A program made the translations under genes and the position numbers. Shown here one piece after another: positions 9,134 to 17,989 of a stretch of DNA of 64,000 nucleotides. How positions within the stretch are numbered: position 1 is the stretch's first letter; each line of letters begins with the position of its first letter. The DNA is taken from the NCBI GenBank assembly GCA_052034525.1, contig JBPOIK010000079.1:6579-70578 (forward strand), written 5' to 3'. The DNA is from Planctomycetota bacterium. GTDB lineage: Bacteria > Planctomycetota > Phycisphaerae > UBA1845. Under the pieces are notes generated by a model that saw only the letters and a list, made by a program, of their open reading frames with translations, was not told the DNA's origin and did no database searches.

Positions 9134-9605
9134 GTTCGGGTCCTTCTCGAATACCTGCGGAACCGCCCGACGCCGTCAAAAACCAAAGCGCGGCCGACCA
9201 CAGAGCGGAAAATGCTAGCACGGCCGCACTCCGAAAGCCACCGGACGGCCCCGCGAACCCTTCGAAACGGGCCGGGACAGCCCCGGCCGTGACACGGGAG
9301 GGAGCCGCCTTCCTCCCGCTTCCGCCGCCTTTGCCGGAGCGGGCGACCGGAGGCCTTCCGGTCTCTCGACGCGGAGCCGGCGGTTCTCTACAATACGGCC
9401 CTGCGGAACGTATGGCGGGGGCATCAGGCTGCCGCCCCAGGTCACGAATTACCCGTGTACGCACGGGCCTCCACCGCCCAGGTAGCGACCCCTCCAGACC
9501 CTGCTCCGACCGGACGGTCGTGGTCCGACCGGCGGCAGGCGGGTCGGATGGTCCAGCGGTACCGGCCCGGCGGGTTTCACGGTCCAACAGCGGAGACGAA
9601 CGATC

Positions 9606-10721
9606 ATGGCCCAGTATCGGATTGCATGGCTGCCCGGCGACGGCGTGGGCAAGGACGTGATGGAAGCGGCTCGCATCGTGCTCGACGCATTGAAGCTGGA
9701 CGCAGAGTACATCCCCGGCGACATCGGCTGGGATTTCTGGTGCCGCGAGGGCAACGCTCTGCCGGAGCGGACGCTCGAAATGATGAAGAACACGCACTGC
9801 GCCCTGTTCGGAGCCATCACCTCCAAGCCCAAGGACGAGGCGGACCGCGACCTGGACCCGTCTCTGAAGGGCAAGGGGCACGTGTACTTCAGCCCGATCG
9901 TCAAGATGCGACAGGTGCTGAACCTGCACACGAATCTCCGGCCGTGCAAGGCGTACCCCGGCAATCCGCTGAATTATCGCGAGGGCGTGGACCTGGTCGT
10001 GTTCCGGGAGAACACCGAAGGCATGTACGGCGGGGTGGAGTTCCATCCGATTCCGCAGGCGGTGTACGACGCTCTCTGTGTCCACCCGAAGATGAAAGGA
10101 TTCGCGAAGCACGGACTGGACAACCTGGCCATGTCCACCCGGATCATGTCGCGCGAGGGCTGCCGGTCCATCGTGACGCAGGCGTTCGAATTCGCCCGCA
10201 AACACAAGCGACGCTCCGTGACGCTGGTGGACAAACCGAACGTACTGCGGGAAACCGGCGGCCTGATCACCCGAGTCGCCCGTGAGGTCGCCAAGAGCTA
10301 CCCGGAAATCCCGCTCTGGGAGACGAACATTGACGCCCAGTGCATGTGGCTCCTGAAGAACCCGCAGGATTACGACGTGCTGGTGGCGGAGAACATGTTC
10401 GGCGACATCATTTCCGACCTGGCCGCCGCCCTGGTGGGTGGCCTGGGTTTCGCCAGCGCCGCGAACATCGGCGATGCGTACGCCGTCTTCGAGCCGACCC
10501 ACGGCTCCGCCCCGAAATACGCGGGGATGTACAAGGTGAACCCCATGGCCATGCTGCTCACCTGCAAGCTGATGTTCGACTGGCTGGGCGAAAACGAGCT
10601 GTCCGCCCGTCTGGAAGCCGCCATCGCCCGGGTGATCCGGGAGCACAAGGTCGGCACCTACGACGTGGGTCTGAAGAACACGACGCTGGAAGTCGCGGAA
10701 GAGGTGGCGAGGAACGTGTGA
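9606..10721 (+). CDS. Isocitrate/isopropylmalate dehydrogenase family enzyme (isocitrate-dehydrogenase-like)
   Basis: Motifs IAWLPGDGVGKDV, NLRPCKAYPG, LVVFRENTEGMYGG, NMFGDIISDLAAALVGGLG and FEPTHGSAPKYAGMYKVNPMA. The last block resembles the IDH block HGTAPKYAG.DKVNP more than the LeuB equivalent. Confidence 0.85.
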   Translation: MAQYRIAWLPGDGVGKDVMEAARIVLDALKLDAEYIPGDIGWDFWCREGNALPERTLEMMKNTHCALFGAITSKPKDEADRDLDPSLKGKGHVYFSPIVKMRQVLNLHTNLRPCKAYPGNPLNYREGVDLVVFRENTEGMYGGVEFHPIPQAVYDALCVHPKMKGFAKHGLDNLAMSTRIMSREGCRSIVTQAFEFARKHKRRSVTLVDKPNVLRETGGLITRVAREVAKSYPEIPLWETNIDAQCMWLLKNPQDYDVLVAENMFGDIISDLAAALVGGLGFASAANIGDAYAVFEPTHGSAPKYAGMYKVNPMAMLLTCKLMFDWLGENELSARLEAAIARVIREHKVGTYDVGLKNTTLEVAEEVARNV

Positions 10722-10726
10722 GGGGG

Positions 10727-10882
10727 AGGGATCGAGGAATTCAGGGACCCAGGGATCGAGGGAGCCAGGGGTCCCGGGATCAACGGGTCCAGGGATCGAG
10801 GGATCCAGGGGTCGAGGGATCTAGGGATCCAGGGATCGAGGGATCCAGGGATCGAGTGGTCGAGGGATCCAGGGATCGAGGA
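10727..10882. repeat. Tandem array of about 17 degenerate 9-bp units (GGGATCGAG / GGGATCCAG)
   Basis: Direct reading: gggatcgaggaattcagggacccagggatcgagggagccaggggtcccgggatcaacgggtccagggatcgagggatccaggggtcgagggatctagggatccagggatcgagggatccagggatcgagtggtcgagggatccagggatcgagga. The array starts 6 nt after the stop codon at 10719-10721. A shorter copy lies at 51768-51812. Confidence 0.9.
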
Positions 10883-11004
10883 GGGGGGCGGGGGCGGCTG
10901 CTCGATTTCGGACTTCGTGATCGACCGGTCGGCAAATATGCACCGATGGGCCCCAGGGCGTGGCGTTCCATGGACCGCGGGAACCCGCTGATGTTTGGCC
11001 GGTC

Positions 11005-11175
11005 ATCCGGGTCGGCTTCAGCCGACCGGCCAGTGCCCCCACCTTCAGGTGGGGGTGGGCGGCCATCCCATTACTCCAGTCTTCTTTCCTCTTGTGTCAG
11101 AGCCGGCATTCAGCCGGCTTTTTCCGCGTTCCCGCGAGTTGCGTTGGTAGGACAAAGCTGGCTGAAGCCGGTTCC
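11005..11175. repeat. Cluster of short GC-rich hairpins sharing a TTCA loop (REP-like)
   Basis: Four hairpins: GGTCGGC-TTCA-GCCGACC (about 11010-11027), CCCCCACC-TTCA-GGTGGGGG (11036-11055), AGCCGGC-ATTCA-GCCGGCT followed by TTTT (11101-11123), and an inverted copy CTGGC-TGAA-GCCGG (about 11158-11171). Confidence 0.6.
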
Positions 11176-11441
11176 CGGGAGAAGTGCGACAGGAAAGACT
11201 GGATGCGCGCAGGCTGCAGAGAATCTGGACGGCTGGCGTCCAGCTGGCGGTCTCCTCGCCCTTGGAGCTTCGGACGAAAAAATCATCAGATCCAGCGCGC
11301 CGACGTACGGCGGCTCTCCCGGCCGCCCGCGCGTGCGTCCCAACGTATCTACCAATCGTCACTTGCGAACAACGCACCGGCTCGGCCTGAGCCGGCCGGC
11401 TGCGTTGCCCGGGAGCGCGGCCGCTCATACAATTTCCGATC

Positions 11442-12248
11442 GTGATCCGGCTCACGCGCGAAATTCGCTTCTCGGTCGACCGGGATTGGGCCGGGCGCGT
11501 GGAGTTCAACCGGCCGATCACCAATTCGTGGGGCGGCTGGCCGAGCGCCGTAGGAGTTGTGCCCTACCTGGTCCTGCGGGCCACGGTGGCCGGCGATCCC
11601 GACCCGGCCACCGGGTACCTGTGCAACACGACCGTCCTCGACGATCTGGTGCGCCGCCACGCCATCCCGTACGTCGCGGCAGCGCTTCGCGAGCACGGCT
11701 GGCGGATGCCGGCCGAGCACCTGCTCGAGCACATCTGGCGGCACGTGGTTCGCGAGACGCCGGCCCGCGCGCCGCTGGTCGAGCTTGAGCTTGGTGTGAC
11801 CCCCTGCCTGCGTTACGGCATCCGACGGGAGGCGCCCGACATGATTCTTCTCACCCAGCAGTTTGAATTCTCCGCGTCCCACCGGCTGCACTGTCCGGAA
11901 CTCTCGGACGAACAGAACCGTCAGACGTTCGGCAAGTGCAACAATCCCCACGGCCACGGACACAACTATCTGCTGGAAGTCACCGTCGCCGGCACGCCGG
12001 ACCCGCGAACGGGCGCCGTACTGCCGCTGCCGGCGTTTGAGCAGCTCGTCAAGGAGCGCGTCATCGACCGGCTGGATCACAAGCACCTGAACACGGACAC
12101 GCAGGAGTTCCGCGAGGTGAACCCCAGCGTCGAAAACATCGCCCGAATCATCTGGAACCTGTTGCAGGACCGCGTGGCGCCCGCCCGCCTGCACCGCGTG
12201 CGCGTCTGGGAGACGGCCAAAACTAGTGCCGAATACGCCGGAGGCTGA
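11442..12248 (+). CDS. 6-pyruvoyl-tetrahydropterin / 6-carboxytetrahydropterin synthase family protein (two-domain form)
   Basis: GTG start. The C-terminal half carries the family signature FEFSASHRLHCPELSDEQNRQTFGKCNNPHGHGHNYLLEVTV...IDRLDHKHLN. The N-terminal half is a degenerate copy of the same fold. Confidence 0.8.
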   Translation: MIRLTREIRFSVDRDWAGRVEFNRPITNSWGGWPSAVGVVPYLVLRATVAGDPDPATGYLCNTTVLDDLVRRHAIPYVAAALREHGWRMPAEHLLEHIWRHVVRETPARAPLVELELGVTPCLRYGIRREAPDMILLTQQFEFSASHRLHCPELSDEQNRQTFGKCNNPHGHGHNYLLEVTVAGTPDPRTGAVLPLPAFEQLVKERVIDRLDHKHLNTDTQEFREVNPSVENIARIIWNLLQDRVAPARLHRVRVWETAKTSAEYAGG

Positions 12249-12461
12249 GGAACCGTGCGCGCCACGAGTGCCGCCGCCCGGCCTCCCCGGCCGCTCGCCT
12301 CCAGCGCCGCCACCTCCCGGCCGCCAGATGCAATTCATCGCGCGCTTACGATACAACCGCGCGCTGGGTTGAACGTTGAGGGAGAACCTGCCGGCGCGGA
12401 CCGGGGCCGCGCTTGCCTGCGGCGCGCCCAGGTTCGATCCGGCGAGCCGGCGGAGCGGGGC

Positions 12462-13829
12462 TCAAGCTCCCGGCCGGCTGCGAAGCACGCTGCACACCGC
12501 GCCCGCCAGCGCCACACACACGGTCACGGACAGACTGTTGCGCACCGCGTGGGCCACGCCCTCCGGAGTCTGTTCCCAATGGGGCAACGAGTGCGTGTAG
12601 ATCGTGCCGGCCAGGGCAATGCCGGTGGCGAATCCGGTGGTTCGGGCGGTGGCCAGAATCGCCCCCGCCACCCCGCGACGTTCCAATGGGGCCGCTCCCA
12701 TCAGCGCACTGTTGTTCGGTGCCGTAAAAAGCCCCGAACCCACGCCCACGAACGCCAGCACCATCACGAGAAACGCCGGCGGAAAACCCAGTTGGATCCG
12801 ACTCAGCAACAACGCGCCCAGCGCCATGAACAGCATCCCGGCCGTCGCCGGAAGCCGCACCCCCACACGATCGGAAAGCCACCCGCTCGGCCCGGTCAGG
12901 ATCATCATGCTGATCGGAATGGTCACCAGGAACGTCCCGGCCTTTTTCGCCGAAAAGCCGACCCCGGTCATCAGAAAGAACGGCAGCAGAAACGTGATCG
13001 AAGAGGACGCCATGTAATTCAGATAGGCGGCCAGCACCGAGCCCGAAAACAGCCGGTTGTGAAACAGACGCAGGTCCAGGGCCGGATGTTCCAGCCGGGC
13101 TTCGGTGACCACGAACGCGATTCCGGCTGTGACCCCGCCCAGCGCCAGTCCGATGATGAGCGGATGCTGCCATCCCAAATCGCCGCCTTTGCTGAGGACA
13201 AACAGGATCGTCACCAGTGTGATCCCCAGCAATACGACGCCTACCGGATCGAAGGGCTGACCGGTCGGCCGGGAATCGACGCGCAACGCCCGGTGCGCCA
13301 CCCGCATGATCACCAGCCCGATGGGCACGTTCACGAAAAAGATCGCGGGCCAGCCCGCCAGATGGATGAGGAACCCACCCAGCACCGGTCCGATAGCGAT
13401 GCCGAAATAGGTCATCGTCGCCTGCATGCCCAACGCCCGCCCGCGTTCGCTTCCCGGGAAGGCCGAAAGCAGAATCCCCGGGCTCAACGCCAGAATCATC
13501 GACGCTCCCAACGCCTGCACGGCACGCGCCGCGATCAGCAACCCGACGTGCCCGGACAATCCGCACCCCAGCGACGCGGCGACGAATATGCCCTGCCCCA
13601 GCAGGTATATGCGTCGTTGACCATAGATGTCGGCCAGCCGCCCGAACAGAAGCAGCGACGCGCTCGTGGTGATCAGATACGAAAGGGAAACCCACTCCAC
13701 CGTGGTGACGCTGCAGCGGGTGGTTTCCTTGATCACCGGCAACGCGATGTTCACGATGCTCGAATCCAGCGCAGACATGAAGGATCCCAAACCCACCACC
13801 GCCAAGGTCTGCCATTTGTTCCCAACCAT
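12462..13829 (-). CDS. MFS transporter (DHA2/EmrB-like, about 14 TM helices)
   Basis: N-terminus MVGNKWQTLAVVGLGSFMSALDSSIVNIALPVI and the motif FGRLADIYGQRRIYLLG are typical of DHA2-type MFS proteins. Hydrophobic helices run throughout the protein. Confidence 0.85.
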   Translation of the reverse strand: MVGNKWQTLAVVGLGSFMSALDSSIVNIALPVIKETTRCSVTTVEWVSLSYLITTSASLLLFGRLADIYGQRRIYLLGQGIFVAASLGCGLSGHVGLLIAARAVQALGASMILALSPGILLSAFPGSERGRALGMQATMTYFGIAIGPVLGGFLIHLAGWPAIFFVNVPIGLVIMRVAHRALRVDSRPTGQPFDPVGVVLLGITLVTILFVLSKGGDLGWQHPLIIGLALGGVTAGIAFVVTEARLEHPALDLRLFHNRLFSGSVLAAYLNYMASSSITFLLPFFLMTGVGFSAKKAGTFLVTIPISMMILTGPSGWLSDRVGVRLPATAGMLFMALGALLLSRIQLGFPPAFLVMVLAFVGVGSGLFTAPNNSALMGAAPLERRGVAGAILATARTTGFATGIALAGTIYTHSLPHWEQTPEGVAHAVRNSLSVTVCVALAGAVCSVLRSRPGA

Positions 13830-14311
13830 GCACCGCTCTCATTCCTGCGAAAGAAGCCCGACCGGATCCACCGGCTTTCCCAAAAAGGACGGCACGACAG
13901 GCGATCGGTTTCCCTTTCTCTGGCTGCCGCTCCATCGCTCGCGCTCCGTCGAAATCCCTGCTTCTACACCTCCTGGGCCGAACATTTCATCCTGCCGCGC
14001 TGATATTTTCTTGTTTTGCCTCCACTTTTCGACATTCGGCCGGTAGGTTTTGGTCAAAATCGGCAGGTTGGACAAACGGGGCAACCCGTTTTAGGCGACC
14101 CTTGGGCCCGGGCGCGGGTGATCATCTGATCTGGGCCGGCACGCGACCACTCGACAGGAGACACAAATTCAAGGCGGGGTCCGCCCAGAGCGTCGAAAAT
14201 CCAGCCCCAGCGGGGAAAGGTGCACTCCAGCAGAAAGGAAGGGTGCCGTAGCACGCCTGATGGCGCACGCGAACCGCCGCCACGAAAGCAGACACCTTCC
14301 GCTTCGCGCCT

Positions 14312-14815
14312 TCAGTACAAATCGTATCCCAGGCCGGTCTCGTCGCGATCGTCGGTGTTGGCGATCAGATCGCCCGTGACGCTGTTGTAGACCCAGCCGA
14401 TGGTGGCGAGGCTCTCATCGACGGTGGGCCCGGTGCCGGCCACGAACACGCCGTTCGCACCGCGGTTCGGCCCGACGGAGATGGCCGGAATGCCGGCGCG
14501 CAGGTAGGGACCATAGATGTAGATGTTCGGATCGGAGCCCACGTTGCCTTGGGCGTCCGTTCGCCTCGTGAGCTGGTCGACGAAGGTTTCCGGGCTGTTG
14601 TCCTGGGCGGGATAGGTGAAGTTGTGCTCCCGATGGTACAGGTCGATGGCGCTGCGGAGCGTCACCAGGCTGGTCAGAACGTCCGAGTCCGCCGCCCCGC
14701 GTGCGCCGCGACTGATCCGCGGCACGGCCACCGCGGCGATGACGCCGATCAGCACGACCACAATCAGGATTTCGAGCAGGGTGATCGCCGCTTGCCGTCG
14801 AAGGAACGCCATCAT
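14312..14815 (-). CDS. Pseudopilin-like protein with a prepilin-type N-terminal hydrophobic helix
   Basis: From the ATG at 14815 the protein reads MMAFLRRQAAITLLEILIVVVLIGVIAAVAVPRISRGARGAADSDV.... This is a type IV pilin / T2SS pseudopilin-like N-terminus, although the cleavage motif is non-canonical (no G-F). Confidence 0.7.
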   Translation of the reverse strand: MMAFLRRQAAITLLEILIVVVLIGVIAAVAVPRISRGARGAADSDVLTSLVTLRSAIDLYHREHNFTYPAQDNSPETFVDQLTRRTDAQGNVGSDPNIYIYGPYLRAGIPAISVGPNRGANGVFVAGTGPTVDESLATIGWVYNSVTGDLIANTDDRDETGLGYDLY

Positions 14816-15060
14816 GCACCCGTATTCGCCGCCGTCCGGCGTCTTGGAATGAAGCAATACCCGCCGCCCGGATCGCAGCCTGCGGCCCGATGCTCATATC
14901 GTCCCGCAGTTTTGGGTCCTTTAGGCTGCGGTTCGGCAGATTGTGCGGCACTCGCCCCGATTCGGGAGCGCCGGCGGGCGCGTTGCCAAACCGGACACGA
15001 CCGAATAAAACGCCGCCCGGCCCCGTCCGTGTGTGGCGATGCCATTGTGAAAGGAAGCGT

Positions 15061-15885
15061 ATGCCCGCAGACCCCAGCGTACGGCCGGTTTTGGGCCGGT
15101 CTCACGCGATCATCGGCATGGTGCATGTCTCCGCGCTGCCCGGAACGCCCCGGGCGGCCGATTCGGTGGACGCGATCGTCCGGCAGTCTGTCCAGGAGGC
15201 TCGCCTGCTGGTCGATGGCGGTGTGGATGCCGTCATGATCGAGAACATGCACGACGTGCCCTACGTACTGGCCCCGATGGGCCCGGAAATCGTGGCGGCC
15301 ATGACCGCCGTCGCCTGCGGGGTGCGGCAGGCCGTTTCGTGCCCCCTGGGAGTGCAGATTCTCGCCGGCGGCAACCGCGAGGCATTGTCCGTGGCCCTCG
15401 CCTCCGGCGCCGCGTTTGTCCGGGTCGAGGGGTTTGTGTACGCGCACGTGGCCGACGAGGGCCTGATGCCGGTGGCCCAGGCGGGCGATCTGCTGCGCTA
15501 TCGCCGGGCGATCGGGGCGACCCAGGTGGCGATCTGGGCCGACATCAAGAAAAAACACGCCAGCCACGCCCTGACGGCCGACGTGGATCTGGCCGAAACG
15601 GCTACGACGGCGGAGTTTTTCGGTGCGGAGGCGCTGGTGGTCACCGGGGTGGCGACCGGTCGGCCCACGTCGCCCGATGACTTGCGGGCGGCCCGAGTGT
15701 CGTCGAGCCTGCCGGTGGTAGTGGGCAGCGGAACAACACCGGAGAACCTGGAGGCGCAGTGGCCGGTCGCGGATGCCTTCATTGTCGGATCCAGTATCAA
15801 ACGCGACGGCCTGTGGTCCAACCCGCCCGATCCGACCCGGCTGCGGCGTTTCATGGACCGAGTGATTGCGTTGCGGAGCGGGTAA
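15061..15885 (+). CDS. BtpA/SgcQ-family TIM-barrel protein
   Basis: The ATG at 15061 follows GAAAGGAAG. The sequence IIGMVHVSALPGTPRAADSVDAIVRQSVQEARLLVDGGVDAVMIENMHDVPY...GADALVV-like region and the C-terminal FIVGSSIKRDG match the BtpA family pattern. Confidence 0.75.
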   Translation: MPADPSVRPVLGRSHAIIGMVHVSALPGTPRAADSVDAIVRQSVQEARLLVDGGVDAVMIENMHDVPYVLAPMGPEIVAAMTAVACGVRQAVSCPLGVQILAGGNREALSVALASGAAFVRVEGFVYAHVADEGLMPVAQAGDLLRYRRAIGATQVAIWADIKKKHASHALTADVDLAETATTAEFFGAEALVVTGVATGRPTSPDDLRAARVSSSLPVVVGSGTTPENLEAQWPVADAFIVGSSIKRDGLWSNPPDPTRLRRFMDRVIALRSG

Positions 15886-15893
15886 CGCACGGA

Positions 15894-16607
15894 TCAGCCG
15901 CCCACGCCGTGGAGCAGTTCCCGCAGGCTGTCAAACGGAAAGAAGGGTAACCGGCGGGGCGTCAGAAACACGACGCGCCAGCAGTCGCCGGTTTTCTCGA
16001 AATGCAGTTCCCAGCGTGACGGCCGGCTGCCGCCCAGGCCTTCCGCGGCGCCGTAGACGCGGGCCGAGGCGTTGAAGAGCACCTTCGCGAGCCGTCCATC
16101 CTCGATGCTGATCTCGAAGCCGCTGAGCCGGGCGCTTCGGACCTCGACAGCGGTCAGGCCGCGGCGGACATAGTCCAGAAACCCGTCCCGGTCCAGGCCC
16201 TCTGCGGCGAACCGGTCGGAGATGTGTCCGCCGATGCCGTCCACGTCGCCCTTCACGGCGGCGGCGGCCAGTTCATTACACAGGCCGATGAGCTTCTCCC
16301 GCTCTGTGACGACCAGATGCTGCATCAGCAGCAGCAGAGCGGCCACGACCAGTCCGCCCACGACCGCCCGCCGCGCGTTCGGCGTCTGCCGCGTCGCCCA
16401 CCGCCGCAACAGGACGAACTCGCCGACCAGCAGCAGAGGCATGAGGTACAGCGGGCTTTCGAACAGGATCGTCTGAATCGTTGACAAAGCTGGCTCACCG
16501 GTTTGTGTCGTTATTCCTCGGGCGGCCGGAGCCGTCATCTCCGTTCCGAGGCACCGCCTTCCGGTCGCGAATCGCCACGCCGTGACGGCCGCATGCGGCC
16601 TTTCCAC
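15894..16607 (-). CDS. Hypothetical membrane-anchored protein
   Basis: GTG at 16607 preceded by GGGAGA; an alternative ATG lies at 16538. There are two hydrophobic segments (LYLMPLLLVGEFVLL, VVGGLVVAALLLLMQHLVV) followed by a soluble domain of about 130 aa. No family was recognised. Confidence 0.5.
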   Translation of the reverse strand: MERPHAAVTAWRFATGRRCLGTEMTAPAARGITTQTGEPALSTIQTILFESPLYLMPLLLVGEFVLLRRWATRQTPNARRAVVGGLVVAALLLLMQHLVVTEREKLIGLCNELAAAAVKGDVDGIGGHISDRFAAEGLDRDGFLDYVRRGLTAVEVRSARLSGFEISIEDGRLAKVLFNASARVYGAAEGLGGSRPSRWELHFEKTGDCWRVVFLTPRRLPFFPFDSLRELLHGVGG

Positions 16608-16748
16608 GGAGTCTCCCGGCCGCGCTTCGGACCTCGACCGTGTGCGTCCGGCCTCCTCCGGCCGTTCCTGAGCAAAACACGCACACTCCGTGTTTCCGAA
16701 CGTTCTCCCAACGGAAATGACCCCGGAATCACTGGGAGAGTCCGGCGT

Positions 16749-17867
16749 TCATTTCAGGTTCTCCGGGTTCAGGGGCTGCAGATCGGGCGGAACAAACCGA
16801 CCGTCCTTGCGGATGAGCTCGTTGTCGAACCAGATTTCGCCGCCGCCCCATTCAAGCGTCTGGATGCAGACCATGTCCCAATGCACGGCGGAACGGTTGC
16901 CGTTGTCCGCCTCATCTTCGTACGCGGAACCCGGGGTGAAGTGGAAGGAACCGGCGATTTTCTCGTCGAACAGGATGTCCAGCATTGGCCGGGTGATATA
17001 GGGATTGAATCCCAGGGCGAACTCGCCCACGTACGAGGAGCCCTCGTCCGTGTTCAGCACGGTGTTGAGATGCTCGGTATTGGAACTGCGCGCGTTGATC
17101 ACCTTTCCGTCGCGGAACTCCAGCCGGATGTCCTCATGCACCACGCCCTGATAGAGCGTGCGGGCGTTGTAGCGGATGGTGCCGTTCACGGAATCGCGGA
17201 CAGGGGCTGTGAAGACCTCGCCGTCCGGAATGTTCAGCTTGCCGGCACAACCGACAGCGGGAATGTTCCGGATGGAAAAATGCAGTTCGGTCTCCGGGCC
17301 CAGGATTTTCACGCGGTCGGTCGCATTCATTCGCGCCACCAGCGGCTCCATGGCCGCGGCCATTTTGCGGTAATCCAGAGTGCACACGTCGAAATAGAAC
17401 CGCTCGAAGGCTTCCGTGCTCATCTGGGCCTGCTGGGCCATGGAAGGGCTCGGGTAGCGCAGCACGACCCAGCGGGTCTGCCGCACACGGATGTCGCCAT
17501 GCACCGGCTTCCACCAGATGGATTGGTAAAGCTTCATTTTGTCGGCGGGCACGTCGCTCATTTCGGTGATGTTCAGGTTGCCGCGCAGGCCGATGTAGGC
17601 CTGGACCCCCTTCATCCGCAGGGCCTCGGTCTCGGCAATGAGCCTGAGCTGGGCCTCGCTGCCGTGAATCAGGAGATGCCGCAGCACCGTGTTGCTTTTG
17701 AGCGTCACCAGCGGATCGGCGCCGGCCTCTCGCGCCACGCGTACGATTTCGTTGGTGATCTCGTGTGGAACGTCGATCGCCTCGATCAGAATCTTCTCTC
17801 CCGGCTGGACCGCCGTGGAGTAGTTGATGAGCACGTCCGCCAGCCGGGTCATTCGGGGGTCAAGCAT
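16749..17867 (-). CDS. Aminopeptidase, M29 (AmpS/PepS) family
   Basis: MLDPRMTRLADVLINYSTAVQPGEKILIEAIDVPHEITNEIVRVAREAGA...GEFALGFNPYI...HFTPGSAYEDE...AVHWDMV matches the thermophilic metalloprotease M29 pattern over the full length. Confidence 0.85.
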   Translation of the reverse strand: MLDPRMTRLADVLINYSTAVQPGEKILIEAIDVPHEITNEIVRVAREAGADPLVTLKSNTVLRHLLIHGSEAQLRLIAETEALRMKGVQAYIGLRGNLNITEMSDVPADKMKLYQSIWWKPVHGDIRVRQTRWVVLRYPSPSMAQQAQMSTEAFERFYFDVCTLDYRKMAAAMEPLVARMNATDRVKILGPETELHFSIRNIPAVGCAGKLNIPDGEVFTAPVRDSVNGTIRYNARTLYQGVVHEDIRLEFRDGKVINARSSNTEHLNTVLNTDEGSSYVGEFALGFNPYITRPMLDILFDEKIAGSFHFTPGSAYEDEADNGNRSAVHWDMVCIQTLEWGGGEIWFDNELIRKDGRFVPPDLQPLNPENLK

Positions 17868-17989
17868 CGGTGTTCCTCCTTTGATTCATGCTCACTGCGG
17901 GCCCTGCCGCCCACCCCGCCGCACCAGAATACCCGAAAGCCGGCCGGAAAGGCAGCGGGGATCGCGGTGGCGGCCCACAGGAACGATCC

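Noticed and set aside
10727-10882. Possibility that the tandem array is a CRISPR array.
   Set aside because: The units are only 9 bp and directly abutting, with no unique spacers. No cas genes or leader are present.
10340-11788. A 482-aa ORF whose middle translates to a GSRDRG/IEGSRD repeat protein, plus the minus-strand SLDPWIPRSLDP ORFs.
   Set aside because: The repeats come from a 9-bp DNA tandem array that keeps every frame open. The ORF runs through the dehydrogenase gene out of frame and then through hairpin-rich non-coding DNA. The same array recurs in another intergenic site.
9063-14003. Long ORFs 9063..10646(-), 12255..14003(+) and 12346..13935(-), antisense or out of frame to the dehydrogenase and MFS genes.
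   Set aside because: They show the same shadow-ORF character, while the partner frames carry clear family motifs.
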